Assembly (NCBI GenBank): GCA_003724325.1
Contig: RHFD01000049.1
Location: 1 to 40,077 of the forward strand
Length of the DNA stretch: 40,077 nucleotides
Direction: 5' to 3'
Source of the DNA: Nitrosopumilus sp. D6
GTDB lineage: Archaea > Thermoproteota > Nitrososphaeria > Nitrososphaerales > Nitrosopumilaceae
The position numbers and the translations under genes are program-made. The stretch's first letter is position 1, and every line of letters begins with the position of its first letter. This document shows positions 1 to 9,370 of the stretch, piece by piece. The notes below the pieces were generated by a model, which had not been told where the DNA came from, made no database searches, and saw only the letters and a list, made by a program, of their open reading frames with translations.

Positions 1-47
1 CTGCCTCTGGCGCAAACCCCATCACACTAGAATGCATCCGGGAATAG

Positions 48-395
48 TCAGCCTATGGGGTATGGACCAATGTCACCGTTCTCCGGACGGTACCTTGTAA
101 ACAGCTCTACTTCCATTTTTTCTGCCTCTTGTAGTAGCTCTGCCCTTTTACCTGCCGCATCAGGCGAGTCAAGTGATCCTGCCTCACACTTTAGCGAGTT
201 TATGCGGTATACCTGCGGCATTATATTCTCAGAGCCGGTCTCAAGGAACATCCACCTTATAATGTCATAGTCAAGCTCGACTGTATTGCCTGCTTTTTTA
301 GAGTGCGGCGCAAAGACTGCGTTTCCAAGCTCTGTATTTTTGTACTTTTCATACAGCCAGTCAACCCACTTTTTTACGTCGTCTTCAAACGCCAT
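48..395 (-). CDS. Hypothetical protein (~115 aa)
   Basis: Open frame with ATG at 395 (track starts at an upstream GTG, 407); co-oriented with the HEAT gene; no motif recognised. Confidence 0.55.
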   Translation of the reverse strand: MAFEDDVKKWVDWLYEKYKNTELGNAVFAPHSKKAGNTVELDYDIIRWMFLETGSENIMPQVYRINSLKCEAGSLDSPDAAGKRAELLQEAEKMEVELFTRYRPENGDIGPYPIG

Positions 396-434
396 GAGCA
401 CATACACCCTTGCAAGTGATTTTAGGCTTTAGAT

Positions 435-959
435 TCAAGCCTTTGGATCTCCACAAACCACGCCTAACTCGCGCAAGAGCGAGTCCATCTCTGCATCGCC
501 TCCCATCACACCAGATAACCCTGTCGCACATCTGAGCGCAAGCAGCGCCCTGGCAGCCCCCTTTCTCACGCCAATATGCGCATCTGCAAGCAGCCGCACT
601 AGCACGTCCTGTCTGTCCCTGGCTCCAAGGTATCCTATCGCGCCTGCAACGCACTCCCTTACTGCCGGGCTCGGATCCCCCTCAAGCAGGAGAATCCTGT
701 CTATATCCCTGCAGTCGCCCCTGTTTGCAAGGATTAGAATGGCGCACGCCCTCACATTGCTGCTAGGGGATCCAAGGCATCCGGTCAGAACGTGTGCAAT
801 GTCGTTTTCATTTGAGACCAGCGCGGCAAATGCGTCGCCGCGCACGGCAATGTCTGCATCATCTAGCACAGATGTAACAAGAGGGATCCCTGGATCTGCG
901 CCATGCAGCTCTGATGGCACCATGCTCTCATGTATCGCCACAGTTAATAACGATTCCAC
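435..959 (-). CDS. HEAT-repeat (PBS lyase-like) protein
   Basis: Repeated L-x-D-x3-x-VR-x2-A-x2-AL helix pairs (DADIAVRGDAFAAL, SPSSNVRACA, DPSPAVRECVAGAI, DAHIGVRKGAARAL). Start uncertain. Confidence 0.8.
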   Translation of the reverse strand: MESLLTVAIHESMVPSELHGADPGIPLVTSVLDDADIAVRGDAFAALVSNENDIAHVLTGCLGSPSSNVRACAILILANRGDCRDIDRILLLEGDPSPAVRECVAGAIGYLGARDRQDVLVRLLADAHIGVRKGAARALLALRCATGLSGVMGGDAEMDSLLRELGVVCGDPKA

Positions 960-973
960 AAAATCCTCCTAGC

Positions 974-981
974 TTTAAATT
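974..981 (+). promoter_or_regulatory. TATA box upstream of alba
   Basis: TTTAAATT about 25 nt upstream of ATG 1004, the spacing expected for a leaderless archaeal transcript. Confidence 0.55.
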
Positions 982-1003
982 ATCCTCTGCCCCCAAGCCT
1001 GCC

Positions 1004-1282
1004 ATGTCAGAGGTAAGAGATACCGTATTCATCGGCAAAAAGCCGCTAATGGCATATGTCACATCTGCGCTGATTCAACTAGCAACCATGCCGACTGTCC
1101 GCATAAAGGCCAGGGGCCTGAGCATTGGTCGTGCAGTAGATGTCGCACAGATAATATCCCGCAAGACAGAGGCCGGATACTTTGTAGGCGAGATCCTCAT
1201 CGGTTCGGAATCTTTGGAATCGCAAGACGGCAAGCTCCGAAATGTTTCAACAATAGAAATTGAAGTAAAAAAACAGGAATGA
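1004..1282 (+). CDS. albA: DNA/RNA-binding protein Alba
   Basis: VFIGKKPLMAYV, IKARG-x-SIGRAVDVA and RNVSTIEI Alba signatures; true ATG at 1004. Confidence 0.95.
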   Translation: MSEVRDTVFIGKKPLMAYVTSALIQLATMPTVRIKARGLSIGRAVDVAQIISRKTEAGYFVGEILIGSESLESQDGKLRNVSTIEIEVKKQE

Positions 1283-1284
1283 TA

Positions 1285-2151
1285 CTATTTTCTGGAAAAT
1301 TTTTTCTCCATGTCGCGAAACTCTTCTAGTCCCACCACCTCGTTGAACTGATTAAACGTGAGCAGCCTGCCTGTATATGCCGACGTATCGCCGCTCTTTT
1401 TGAGTTCCTCTAGCACGCCTGCCATTGCAAACGCGCCGGCATACAGCGCAGAAAGGGGATACAGGACTATTCCAAATCCCATCTCTGCGAGTTTTTTTGC
1501 CGTAAATGCAGGCGTGGCGCCGCCCTCTATCATGTTTGCAACAAGCGGGGCCTTTATCTCCCTGCCAATCCTCTCCATCTCCTGTATGGTATCTGGCGCC
1601 TCGATGAACACGGCATCTGCCCCCGTCTTGAGGTTCTGCCTAGAGCGCCCTATTGCAGAGTCAAGCCCCTCTGTAGCCCTCGAGTCAGTCCTTGCAACTA
1701 TTACAAAGTCCTCATCCTGCCTTGCATCAAGTGCCGCCCCGAGCTTTTCAGTGTACTCTTCTTGCGGTATTACCTCTTTTCCCTGCATGTGGCCGCATCT
1801 TTTTGGCCACTTTTGATCCTCCAAAAACATGCCCGCGGCGCCGGCATCGCAGAGCTCCCTTGTAATCTTCCACACACTCAGGGCGTTGCCGTATCCGGTA
1901 TCTGCATCCACAATTACTGGCGCAGACACGGCGCGACAGATGCGCCTTGCATTATCTACTGTCTCTGCTGCGCCCACAAAGCCATAGTCTGGCATTCCAA
2001 ACAACGAGGCAGACGTCCCGTACCCTGTCTGAAACATGGCCCCAAAGCCTGCCCTCTGCGCAATTTTTGCCCCGAGCGCATCGTATACCCCCGGTATTAC
2101 CATCTGCTCTTTGAGCATCTCCCTGAGCGCGCGCGGTCTACTCGACGTCAA
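1285..2151 (-). CDS. Isocitrate lyase/PEP mutase family enzyme (methylisocitrate lyase-like)
   Basis: DADTGYG, EDQ-x2-PKRCGH and IVARTD motifs. Start may be a few codons downstream. Confidence 0.88.
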   Translation of the reverse strand: MTSSRPRALREMLKEQMVIPGVYDALGAKIAQRAGFGAMFQTGYGTSASLFGMPDYGFVGAAETVDNARRICRAVSAPVIVDADTGYGNALSVWKITRELCDAGAAGMFLEDQKWPKRCGHMQGKEVIPQEEYTEKLGAALDARQDEDFVIVARTDSRATEGLDSAIGRSRQNLKTGADAVFIEAPDTIQEMERIGREIKAPLVANMIEGGATPAFTAKKLAEMGFGIVLYPLSALYAGAFAMAGVLEELKKSGDTSAYTGRLLTFNQFNEVVGLEEFRDMEKKFSRK

Positions 2152-2614
2152 TTCTGCGGCCCACTCTTTCCAGCTCGGACTCTAAAAACTTTCTATACCT
2201 GTCAGTCTCCTCATCTGTCATACTCCCAGAGTCCGGGGCAGACCATACAGCTGATGCCCTCTCTAGCAGATCCATTGCAACAAATCTGCCTGCGCCACCC
2301 AGCCTAAACAATACATCTAGCTGTTTCTTTACAATCTCCCCAATGTGATCCACGTCTGCAGCAGTAGCCCTGCCCTTTTCAGTCAGTGAGTATCTGCCGT
2401 CCTCTTCTTCTACGAGCCCCTCATCAAGCAGCCTTCCAAGCAGCGGGTACACCAGCCCCGGAGAAGGCTTCCAGATGCCGCCGCTTTGCTCTGTGGCATT
2501 ATTAATTATCTCCTTGCCTGTGTGCGGGCTCTTTCCTAGCAGTTCCATTATGTAATATCTGGAAAAACCCCTCGGAACGCAGCTTCCGACCCGCTCAAAC
2601 CATCCCGGAATCAT
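2138..2614 (-). CDS. PadR-family transcriptional regulator
   Basis: wHTH motif WKPSPGLVYPLLGRLLDEGLV...YSLTEKG; likely start MIPGWF at 2614. Confidence 0.9.
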   Translation of the reverse strand: MIPGWFERVGSCVPRGFSRYYIMELLGKSPHTGKEIINNATEQSGGIWKPSPGLVYPLLGRLLDEGLVEEEDGRYSLTEKGRATAADVDHIGEIVKKQLDVLFRLGGAGRFVAMDLLERASAVWSAPDSGSMTDEETDRYRKFLESELERVGRRIDVE

Positions 2615-2622
2615 CACTTTTG

Positions 2623-2636
2623 TATCGCTAGCGATA
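2623..2636. promoter_or_regulatory. Perfect 14-bp palindrome TATCGCTAGCGATA, candidate PadR operator
   Basis: Seen directly; lies between the padR start (2614) and its TATA-like element (~2635-2644, minus strand). Confidence 0.6.
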
Positions 2637-2696
2637 TATTTTAACATTCTGACTCAACTCATACTAAATATTTGAGCATGCCTGAGGCAGGTGTGT

Positions 2697-4409
2697 ATGG
2701 TCGATTCCATCGAGTATGACATGATAATCTGCGGCTCGGGGCTAGCAGGACTCAGGGCGGCCATTGCAGCGGCAAAAAAGGGCCCGCGACTGCGCATTGG
2801 TATAGTCTCAAAGCTGCAGGTAATGCGCTCACATTCTGTCTCTGCAGAGGGTGGGACTGCCGCAGTAATAATGGAAGACGAGGGAGATACTGTCGAGTCG
2901 CATATTTATGATACGGTAAAGGGAAGCGACTTTCTTGCAGACCAGGATGTGGCAGAAAAACTGTGCGTCGAGATGCCCGGGGAGATACGCAAGCTTGAGC
3001 ACTGGGGAATGCCGTGGTCAAGAAGAGATGACGGCCGCATTGACCAGAGAAACTTTGGCGGGTATAGCTTTCCGCGCGCCACGTATGCGTCAGACAAGGT
3101 AGGCTTTTTTGAGATGCAGACGCTTTATGATACGTGCCAAAAGCACGAGAACATTGAGTATCTAAACGAGTGGTTTGCCACCTCGATAATACACGACGGA
3201 CGGCGGTTCATGGGGATTACTGCAATAGAGATGTCGACTGGCGCGTTTTACGTGATAAAGGCTGGCGCCATGATAATTGCAACCGGCGGGGCAGGAAGGC
3301 TGTACAGCTTTTCAACTTATGCACTCTCATCTACTCCTGACGGATTGGACATGGGCCTGCGCGCAGGCATGGCGCTAAAAGACATGGAGTTTGTCCAGTT
3401 TCATCCCACGGGAATACTCCCGTCGGGGATATTAATTACAGAGGGTGCACGGGGAGAGGGGGCGTATCTCTTGAACAGCAATGGCGAGAGGTTCATGAAG
3501 AGGTATGCGCAGGGTAAGATGGAGCTTGCCCCGCGCGACATTGTCTCGCGGTCTATAATGACGGAGATCCGGGAGGGCCGAGGATTCAAGCACGAGACTG
3601 GCGTCGACTGTATGAAGCTGGACCTACGACACATCGGGGATGAAAAGATTAAAGAAAAACTGGGAGGAATCCGCGAGATCTCGATAAAGTTCTCTGGTAT
3701 TGATCCTGCAAAAGACCTGCTTGACATACGTCCTGTCTGCCACTATATGATGGGCGGCCTGCATACTGATATTTACGGCACGACTGAGATTCAGGGCGTG
3801 TGGGCTGCAGGCGAGGCTGCATGTAATAGCGTGCATGGCTCTAACCGGCTCGGGGCAAACTCTACTTCTGAGTGCCTGGTGTGGGGCAGGATAACAGGCG
3901 AGCTTGCAGCAGAGTATGCCATGGAGAAAAAGCCGCAGGGCCCGTGGCCGCACCACATGGTGTCTGCTGAAGAGAAGCGAATCTATGACGGCATATTTCG
4001 CGGAAACGGGCACGAGAACCCGTATGAGATCAGGCAGCAGCTCACAGATACAATGAACGAAAAGGCATACGTGTATAGGAACGGCGAAGATCTCGCAGAG
4101 GGCCTCCGCAGGGTCCGCGAATTAAAGTCAAAGGCGTGGAGGCACGTTGATGACGGGGCAAAAGAGTACAATACCAACTTTTTAAATGTCATGGAGCTTG
4201 ACTCTATGTTCAGGGTGGCAGAGATAGTACTGCTTGGGGCGCTAAACAGAAAAGAGTCAAGGGGAGCTCATGCCAGGACTGACTATGCCCGGCGTGATGA
4301 TGAAAACTTTTTACACCACACGCTTGCCTACTATGATCCGGGCGAGCCAATAATGAAGACACATCCTGTGACTATAACGCGGTACAAACCAGTGGAGAGA
4401 AAGTACTGA
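2697..4409 (+). CDS. sdhA: Succinate dehydrogenase flavoprotein subunit
   Basis: GSGLAG FAD motif, RSHSVSAEGG covalent-FAD His, QFHPTG, HGSNRLGANS, ESRGAH. Confidence 0.96.
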   Translation: MVDSIEYDMIICGSGLAGLRAAIAAAKKGPRLRIGIVSKLQVMRSHSVSAEGGTAAVIMEDEGDTVESHIYDTVKGSDFLADQDVAEKLCVEMPGEIRKLEHWGMPWSRRDDGRIDQRNFGGYSFPRATYASDKVGFFEMQTLYDTCQKHENIEYLNEWFATSIIHDGRRFMGITAIEMSTGAFYVIKAGAMIIATGGAGRLYSFSTYALSSTPDGLDMGLRAGMALKDMEFVQFHPTGILPSGILITEGARGEGAYLLNSNGERFMKRYAQGKMELAPRDIVSRSIMTEIREGRGFKHETGVDCMKLDLRHIGDEKIKEKLGGIREISIKFSGIDPAKDLLDIRPVCHYMMGGLHTDIYGTTEIQGVWAAGEAACNSVHGSNRLGANSTSECLVWGRITGELAAEYAMEKKPQGPWPHHMVSAEEKRIYDGIFRGNGHENPYEIRQQLTDTMNEKAYVYRNGEDLAEGLRRVRELKSKAWRHVDDGAKEYNTNFLNVMELDSMFRVAEIVLLGALNRKESRGAHARTDYARRDDENFLHHTLAYYDPGEPIMKTHPVTITRYKPVERKY

Positions 4410-4837
4410 TGGGACGCGACGGCAAAAAGGGAATAGGCGGCATGGCAGACCCGCGCCGCTATGGAATCGAGCGCGTCGCGTACTGGCTTATGCGGCTAAG
4501 CGGTCTGGGACTGCTTGCATACTTTGTGGCACACATTTACGAGACAAGCAACATACTGCGCGGCAGGGTCGGCTGGGATGAGATACTCCAGATGACGCAG
4601 ACTATAGAGGGGCACATTATACTTGCACTGGTAATAGGAATGTGTGTCTTTCACACAGTTAACGGGATTCGCGTCATGCTGGGACACGGCGGAGTATGGG
4701 TGGGACGACCTGCAAGGCCGGACTATCCATACAACCCGGCATCGCAGAACTATCGGCACAAGATAGGCATATACTCGGCTATAATTCTGGCGGCTGTCGC
4801 CATGATGTACGGACTGGCAGTGCTGTTTGGTGAGTGA
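4409..4837 (+). CDS. sdhC: Succinate dehydrogenase cytochrome b subunit
   Basis: Three TM helices, RLSG and HTVNGIR heme motifs; stop/start overlap with sdhA. Confidence 0.88.
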   Translation: MGRDGKKGIGGMADPRRYGIERVAYWLMRLSGLGLLAYFVAHIYETSNILRGRVGWDEILQMTQTIEGHIILALVIGMCVFHTVNGIRVMLGHGGVWVGRPARPDYPYNPASQNYRHKIGIYSAIILAAVAMMYGLAVLFGE

Positions 4838-4838
4838 G

Positions 4839-5183
4839 ATGAGGGAGAGCACGATAATGAAGATCCACTATGGCACGGCAATAGCTGCTGTCGCCCTGGT
4901 GGCAGTACATGTGCTTATTCGCGTAACACATGGGTTTGCAGAGTCCCTCGAGTACGAGAGCGTGATTGCAAACTATCGGTATGTCCCGTATGCGATAATG
5001 CTGGAACTAATACTGGTACTTTTATCGGTGCATGGATTCAACGGCCTGCGGGTGATACTGCTGGAACTGCGGCAGGGACGCCTCTATGAAAAGTCCGTAT
5101 CGTATGGCTGCATGGCAGCAATGATTGGTTTAATAGCATACGGCTCGAGGACGATAATAGTGACAAACATGGGGCTGGTCTGA
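4839..5183 (+). CDS. sdhD: Succinate dehydrogenase membrane anchor subunit
   Basis: Three TM helices, HGFNGLRVIL motif, operon position. Confidence 0.86.
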   Translation: MRESTIMKIHYGTAIAAVALVAVHVLIRVTHGFAESLEYESVIANYRYVPYAIMLELILVLLSVHGFNGLRVILLELRQGRLYEKSVSYGCMAAMIGLIAYGSRTIIVTNMGLV

Positions 5184-5932
5184 TGGCAATGGCGCAAGAA
5201 GAGATATCTGCACACATCTCCCCTGCAAGGACCATACTATTACGGATATCAAGGTACAATCCAGAGCACGACGGGGCATCTACTTTTGCAGAGTTTACAG
5301 TACCGTATGAAAAGTGGACCACCGTACTTGATGCGATACTAGAGGTAAAAAAGCACCTGGATCATTCCGTGGCTGTGCGCTATTCGTGCAGACAGGCAAC
5401 ATGCGGCTCGTGCGGCATGATGATTAATGGCAGGCCGCGTCTGGCATGCTTTACCAAGATAAGCGAGCTTGATTCAGAGACTATTACAGTAGAGCCGATG
5501 AACAACTTTCCGGTGATCCGCGACCTGGCAGTAAAGTTTGACAGGCTCTTTGATGCGCACCGCAGCATCAAGCCGTACCTTGTGAGGGAAGACTCGGAGA
5601 CAGATACTGGAAAAGAGTTCCTCCAGTCTCCAGGAGAAGTCGAGCAGTACATCCAGTTTGCAAACTGTATAAAGTGCGGGCTGTGCAACGCGGCATGCCC
5701 GACCATGGCAACTGACTCTACGTTTGTAGGTCCGCAGGCACTTGCGCAGGCGTACAGGTATGTGGCAGACAGCCGTGACAAGGGCAAGGACTCGAGGCTG
5801 CGCGTAATTGATGACTCGCACGGAATCTGGAGATGCCACTTTGCCGGCTCGTGCAGCCAGGTGTGCCCAAAGGGAGTTGATCCTGCAATGGGAATCCAGC
5901 TGTTGCGCGGCTACATGCTCGGTTTTAGGTAG
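5183..5932 (+). CDS. sdhB: Succinate dehydrogenase iron-sulfur subunit
   Basis: SCRQATCGSC (2Fe-2S), CIKCGLCNAACP and CHFAGSCSQVCP cluster motifs. Confidence 0.96.
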   Translation: MAMAQEEISAHISPARTILLRISRYNPEHDGASTFAEFTVPYEKWTTVLDAILEVKKHLDHSVAVRYSCRQATCGSCGMMINGRPRLACFTKISELDSETITVEPMNNFPVIRDLAVKFDRLFDAHRSIKPYLVREDSETDTGKEFLQSPGEVEQYIQFANCIKCGLCNAACPTMATDSTFVGPQALAQAYRYVADSRDKGKDSRLRVIDDSHGIWRCHFAGSCSQVCPKGVDPAMGIQLLRGYMLGFR

Positions 5933-6251
5933 CCGGCTTTTTGGGATTCGGACTGTTGTTTACCTGGTTGTTTATCTGCTCTGCCATAAAGTGATTTGAG
6001 ACATTTACCTTTACGTCAGTAATGCCGTCTATCTGCAGCAGATCATCATGAATGTCCTGACATATCTTGAATCCAAACACGGCAGGACAAAAGGGACTAG
6101 TCAGATGCAGGTCCACCTTTACATTCGAGTCTGCAATGTCGACTTCGTCTATGAGCTCTAGCTCTGTAATGGTGGTGTTTATCTCTGGATCCACTATCTT
6201 TGAGAGCTTGTCAAATATCTTGACTCGCATATGCTTGATGTCCTGGCTCAT
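5925..6251 (-). CDS. DUF59/MIP18-family Fe-S cluster assembly protein
   Basis: DPEI-x3-I-x2-L-x-LI and LTSPFCP motifs. Confidence 0.88.
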   Translation of the reverse strand: MSQDIKHMRVKIFDKLSKIVDPEINTTITELELIDEVDIADSNVKVDLHLTSPFCPAVFGFKICQDIHDDLLQIDGITDVKVNVSNHFMAEQINNQVNNSPNPKKPAT

Positions 6252-6301
6252 GTCAAATAGTGCATGGATCCTATATATAACAACTTCTAAAAAAGATTGT
6301 A

Positions 6302-7747
6302 TTGTACCGCTCGCGGCTAGGAGGCGACATTGGTGATGCCACGCTCAGATACGTCTCGTCTGTAGATGATGATGCAGAGATCATGGCATATGATATCATT
6401 GGAAGTCAGGCACATGTGCTAATGCTAAACAGGTGCGGCATTATAAGAAAGACGGATGCAAAAAAGATACTTGCGGCGCTGCGCCAGGTAAGATATTCCA
6501 AAAAATCCGGTGCAGAAGACATACACGAGATGGTAGAGTCAATCGTGATAAAAAAGGCAGGCATGGAAAGCGGGGGCAGGATGCACACTGCAAGGTCGCG
6601 CAACGACCAGGTGGCGCTAGACATGAGGATGAAGGTGCGCAATGATATCAATGTGATATGCAACAGGATACTTGATTTGGCAGAGGCGCTCGTATCTGTT
6701 GCAGGCAGCCACCAAAAAACCATAATGCCGCTTTACACGCACCTCCAGCAGGCCCAGGCGGGACTGTTCTCACACTATCTATTATCCCACGCAGATGTCT
6801 TGCTGCGCGATGTGCAGAGGCTTGCAGGCACGTACGGGCGCGTAAATCAGAGCCCGCTTGGGGCAGGACCCGTGGGGGGAACCGGCCTCCCCATAGACAG
6901 GGCAATGGTGGCGCAGCTGCTCGGCTTTGATGGAATAGTCGAGAACTCGATAGACGCGACTAGCTCGCGCGACTTTGCCGCAGAGTACGTATCCATGACG
7001 TCCATACTGATGACTAACTTGAGCAGGATTGCAGAGGATTTGGTGGTGTGGTCTACTGCAGAGTTTGGATTCATAGAGCTTGCCGACGAGTTTGCATCAC
7101 CTTCAAGCATAATGCCGCAAAAGAAAAACCCCGACATACTAGAGCTGACAAGGGGCAAGACTGCACACATGCTAGGAGATTTGATAGCAGTCCTTGCTGC
7201 AGTAAAGGGGCTTGCCACAGGGTATGGCAGAGACTTGCAGCAGGCAAAGCAGGCCGTGTGGTCTGCATCAAGGATTTGTACCGGGGCGCTAGAGGTGCTC
7301 AGGCCTCTGCTTCTCACCATAAAGGTCGATGAAAAAAGAATGAGGGATGCCGCAGAGTCAAGCAACCTTGTAGCGCTTGATGTCTCTGACCGCCTTGTAC
7401 TAGAGGGGATCCCCTTTAGGGTGACGCACCAGATAGCAGGCGCGCTGGCGCGCATTGCGCACAAATCAAAAAAACCAATATCCGGCCTTCAAATCAATGA
7501 TGCAAAAAAGGCAGTACGTGGCACAAGTGTTGATGCGCAGCTGGTATTAGATGTGGCATCATCTGCCACCGTGTCCTCCTCACTCAGGGAGAGAAAGTCT
7601 GCCGGATCGTCAGGATACGCAGAGCAAAAAAGGATGATTGCAGGGCGCGCCAAAAAGATAAGCAGTTACAGGACAGAGCTTGCATCAAGGGAGAATAAGA
7701 TAAAGTCGGCGCTAGACTACCTGCAAAAGCAGGCAGACCATATATAG
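6302..7747 (+). CDS. argH: Argininosuccinate lyase
   Basis: HTARSRNDQVA, YTHLQQAQ and SSIMPQKKNPD signatures; TTG start. Confidence 0.95.
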   Translation: MYRSRLGGDIGDATLRYVSSVDDDAEIMAYDIIGSQAHVLMLNRCGIIRKTDAKKILAALRQVRYSKKSGAEDIHEMVESIVIKKAGMESGGRMHTARSRNDQVALDMRMKVRNDINVICNRILDLAEALVSVAGSHQKTIMPLYTHLQQAQAGLFSHYLLSHADVLLRDVQRLAGTYGRVNQSPLGAGPVGGTGLPIDRAMVAQLLGFDGIVENSIDATSSRDFAAEYVSMTSILMTNLSRIAEDLVVWSTAEFGFIELADEFASPSSIMPQKKNPDILELTRGKTAHMLGDLIAVLAAVKGLATGYGRDLQQAKQAVWSASRICTGALEVLRPLLLTIKVDEKRMRDAAESSNLVALDVSDRLVLEGIPFRVTHQIAGALARIAHKSKKPISGLQINDAKKAVRGTSVDAQLVLDVASSATVSSSLRERKSAGSSGYAEQKRMIAGRAKKISSYRTELASRENKIKSALDYLQKQADHI

Positions 7748-8263
7748 TCAAAAGATCTGCTGCATGTCCTTGTTTATCAGGTCTATCTTTTTTGCATATG
7801 CGCTTTTTGACCTGTCGTTCTTTTTGAGGTTGAGGACGTTTCCGCACGAGGGGCACTTGAACATGCCATCAAGGGACTCTTCAAATGTGACCCGCGAACA
7901 GTCCCCGTTACCGCAATGGTAAAAGTCTGATGCATTCTCATAGTCTAGGCGCTGCTGCAGCCTCTCGCCGATCTTTTTCTTTTGATTCTCTATAAAGTGC
8001 TCGACTTCCTCTCTTCGTGTCCTCCATCTGTATACAAACCAGCCCTTTCTCTCGTCTTTTACGCGGATTCCCGTGATGAGGGACTTGCCAAACAGGTCAT
8101 AGAGGACCTTTCTTACCATGTTGATTCGCAGGCCCGTCGAGCTTGCAATCTCCTCGTCTGTGGCATCCTCTGCCTTTAGGAGGGATCTTGCCACCTTTAG
8201 GTACTCGTCGCCGCCTATCATCGAGGCGATTCTCACAAAGGGATCCTCGTACTTGTCTACCAT
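7748..8263 (-). CDS. tfe: Transcription factor E (TFIIE-alpha homologue)
   Basis: wHTH (TDEEIA...VRKVLYDL), GWFVYRW, Zn ribbon C-x4-C...FKCPSCG; likely ATG at 8263. Confidence 0.93.
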   Translation of the reverse strand: MVDKYEDPFVRIASMIGGDEYLKVARSLLKAEDATDEEIASSTGLRINMVRKVLYDLFGKSLITGIRVKDERKGWFVYRWRTRREEVEHFIENQKKKIGERLQQRLDYENASDFYHCGNGDCSRVTFEESLDGMFKCPSCGNVLNLKKNDRSKSAYAKKIDLINKDMQQIF

Positions 8264-8378
8264 TATGTTCTCGGGTGGGATGATTCTACTATTAATCCTT
8301 GTTTGTGCGTAGCTCTGCATCCCAAATATCCTGTTTTTTAATGGAATTCTTTAATATGCACCTGTCTAACTAGTAGGC

Positions 8379-8606
8379 ATGTTCCTCAAAAAGCCTCGTC
8401 TGCAAGCAGGGGCACTGTTCAAAAGCGGGGAAAAATTCCCGGTGACCGGGTATTACTCTTATGCTGATCATGCGGGTTTAGACAAAGTAGACTGTTATGT
8501 ATCTGCTGACTCGACAGGAGGCCTGCTGTTTACAAAGGGCGAGACTGTTCCCAAGCTAGTATCATGCCCTCACACAATTTATTGGCAACTAGATGCCAGA
8601 TACTAG
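8379..8606 (+). CDS. Small YjzC-like protein (75 aa)
   Basis: FKSGEKFPVTGYY...KGETVP...W pattern resembles the YjzC-like family (from memory); AT-rich TATA-like element upstream. Confidence 0.6.
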   Translation: MFLKKPRLQAGALFKSGEKFPVTGYYSYADHAGLDKVDCYVSADSTGGLLFTKGETVPKLVSCPHTIYWQLDARY

Positions 8607-8848
8607 TCTGGCTAGACAGTCTCTATTTTTTGCAACAAGATTTTAGCATGGAGTTATTACTATTGTGATATCCATGGTAGGCATGTTGATTTTGAAATAT
8701 ATGAATACATTCATGATACTGGCGTGCTAGATGCGCATATGACCAGTCATTTAATAAATGCGATCAATTAGATGATTTGATCATTTTTAAAATGCACAAT
8801 GCCTGGTTTCAAATCTATAAAAGTTACTGGATGAAATTTGCAATACAT

Positions 8849-9370
8849 CTAGTCCTGCTCTACGCTCTTGCCATTCTCCGAGGGAATTATCCTTCTTTTT
8901 GCGCCAGAAAAACTGCGATCAAACTGGGCCCCCTGCTGTACCCTGTCAAGCAGTACTGCAAGCGCGCTCACCTCTGAGTGCGGCTGGCTTCCTGCTGCCA
9001 CGTTATAGTCTGCCATCTCGTATACCTCGCGCGGAACCTTTTCTGCGCCAACCACCACTAGCAGCCTCTCTTCTGCGCCCATCTTCTCTTGTACATCACC
9101 TATCTTCTGCCCGTACATGGAGAGATGCGCCACTGCATAGCCGTCTTTCTTTTTTTCCGCTAGGACCTGCCTCCATCCATCTATCATCTCGACTCTGAAA
9201 TCCCCTCCCCACGTCTGGTTTACCCCTGTAATTGTATCCTTGATCTCTGGATTTACCTCTGTCATCAGTATCTTTGATGCCCCAAATGCCCTTGCAACTA
9301 GGGCCACATGCGTGGTGACCCTGTCGTCCCTGACTAGGCGCTGCCCTATGCGCAAGACCTCAATTTTCAT
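8849..9370 (-). CDS. trm56: tRNA (cytidine56-2'-O)-methyltransferase
   Basis: [25 protein letters not shown] and [19 protein letters not shown] motifs. Confidence 0.93.
   Translation of the reverse strand: MKIEVLRIGQRLVRDDRVTTHVALVARAFGASKILMTEVNPEIKDTITGVNQTWGGDFRVEMIDGWRQVLAEKKKDGYAVAHLSMYGQKIGDVQEKMGAEERLLVVVGAEKVPREVYEMADYNVAAGSQPHSEVSALAVLLDRVQQGAQFDRSFSGAKRRIIPSENGKSVEQD

Noticed and set aside
1762-2307. 181-aa plus-strand ORF and similar overlapping track ORFs
   Set aside because: Antisense or alternate-frame to genes with strong family motifs.
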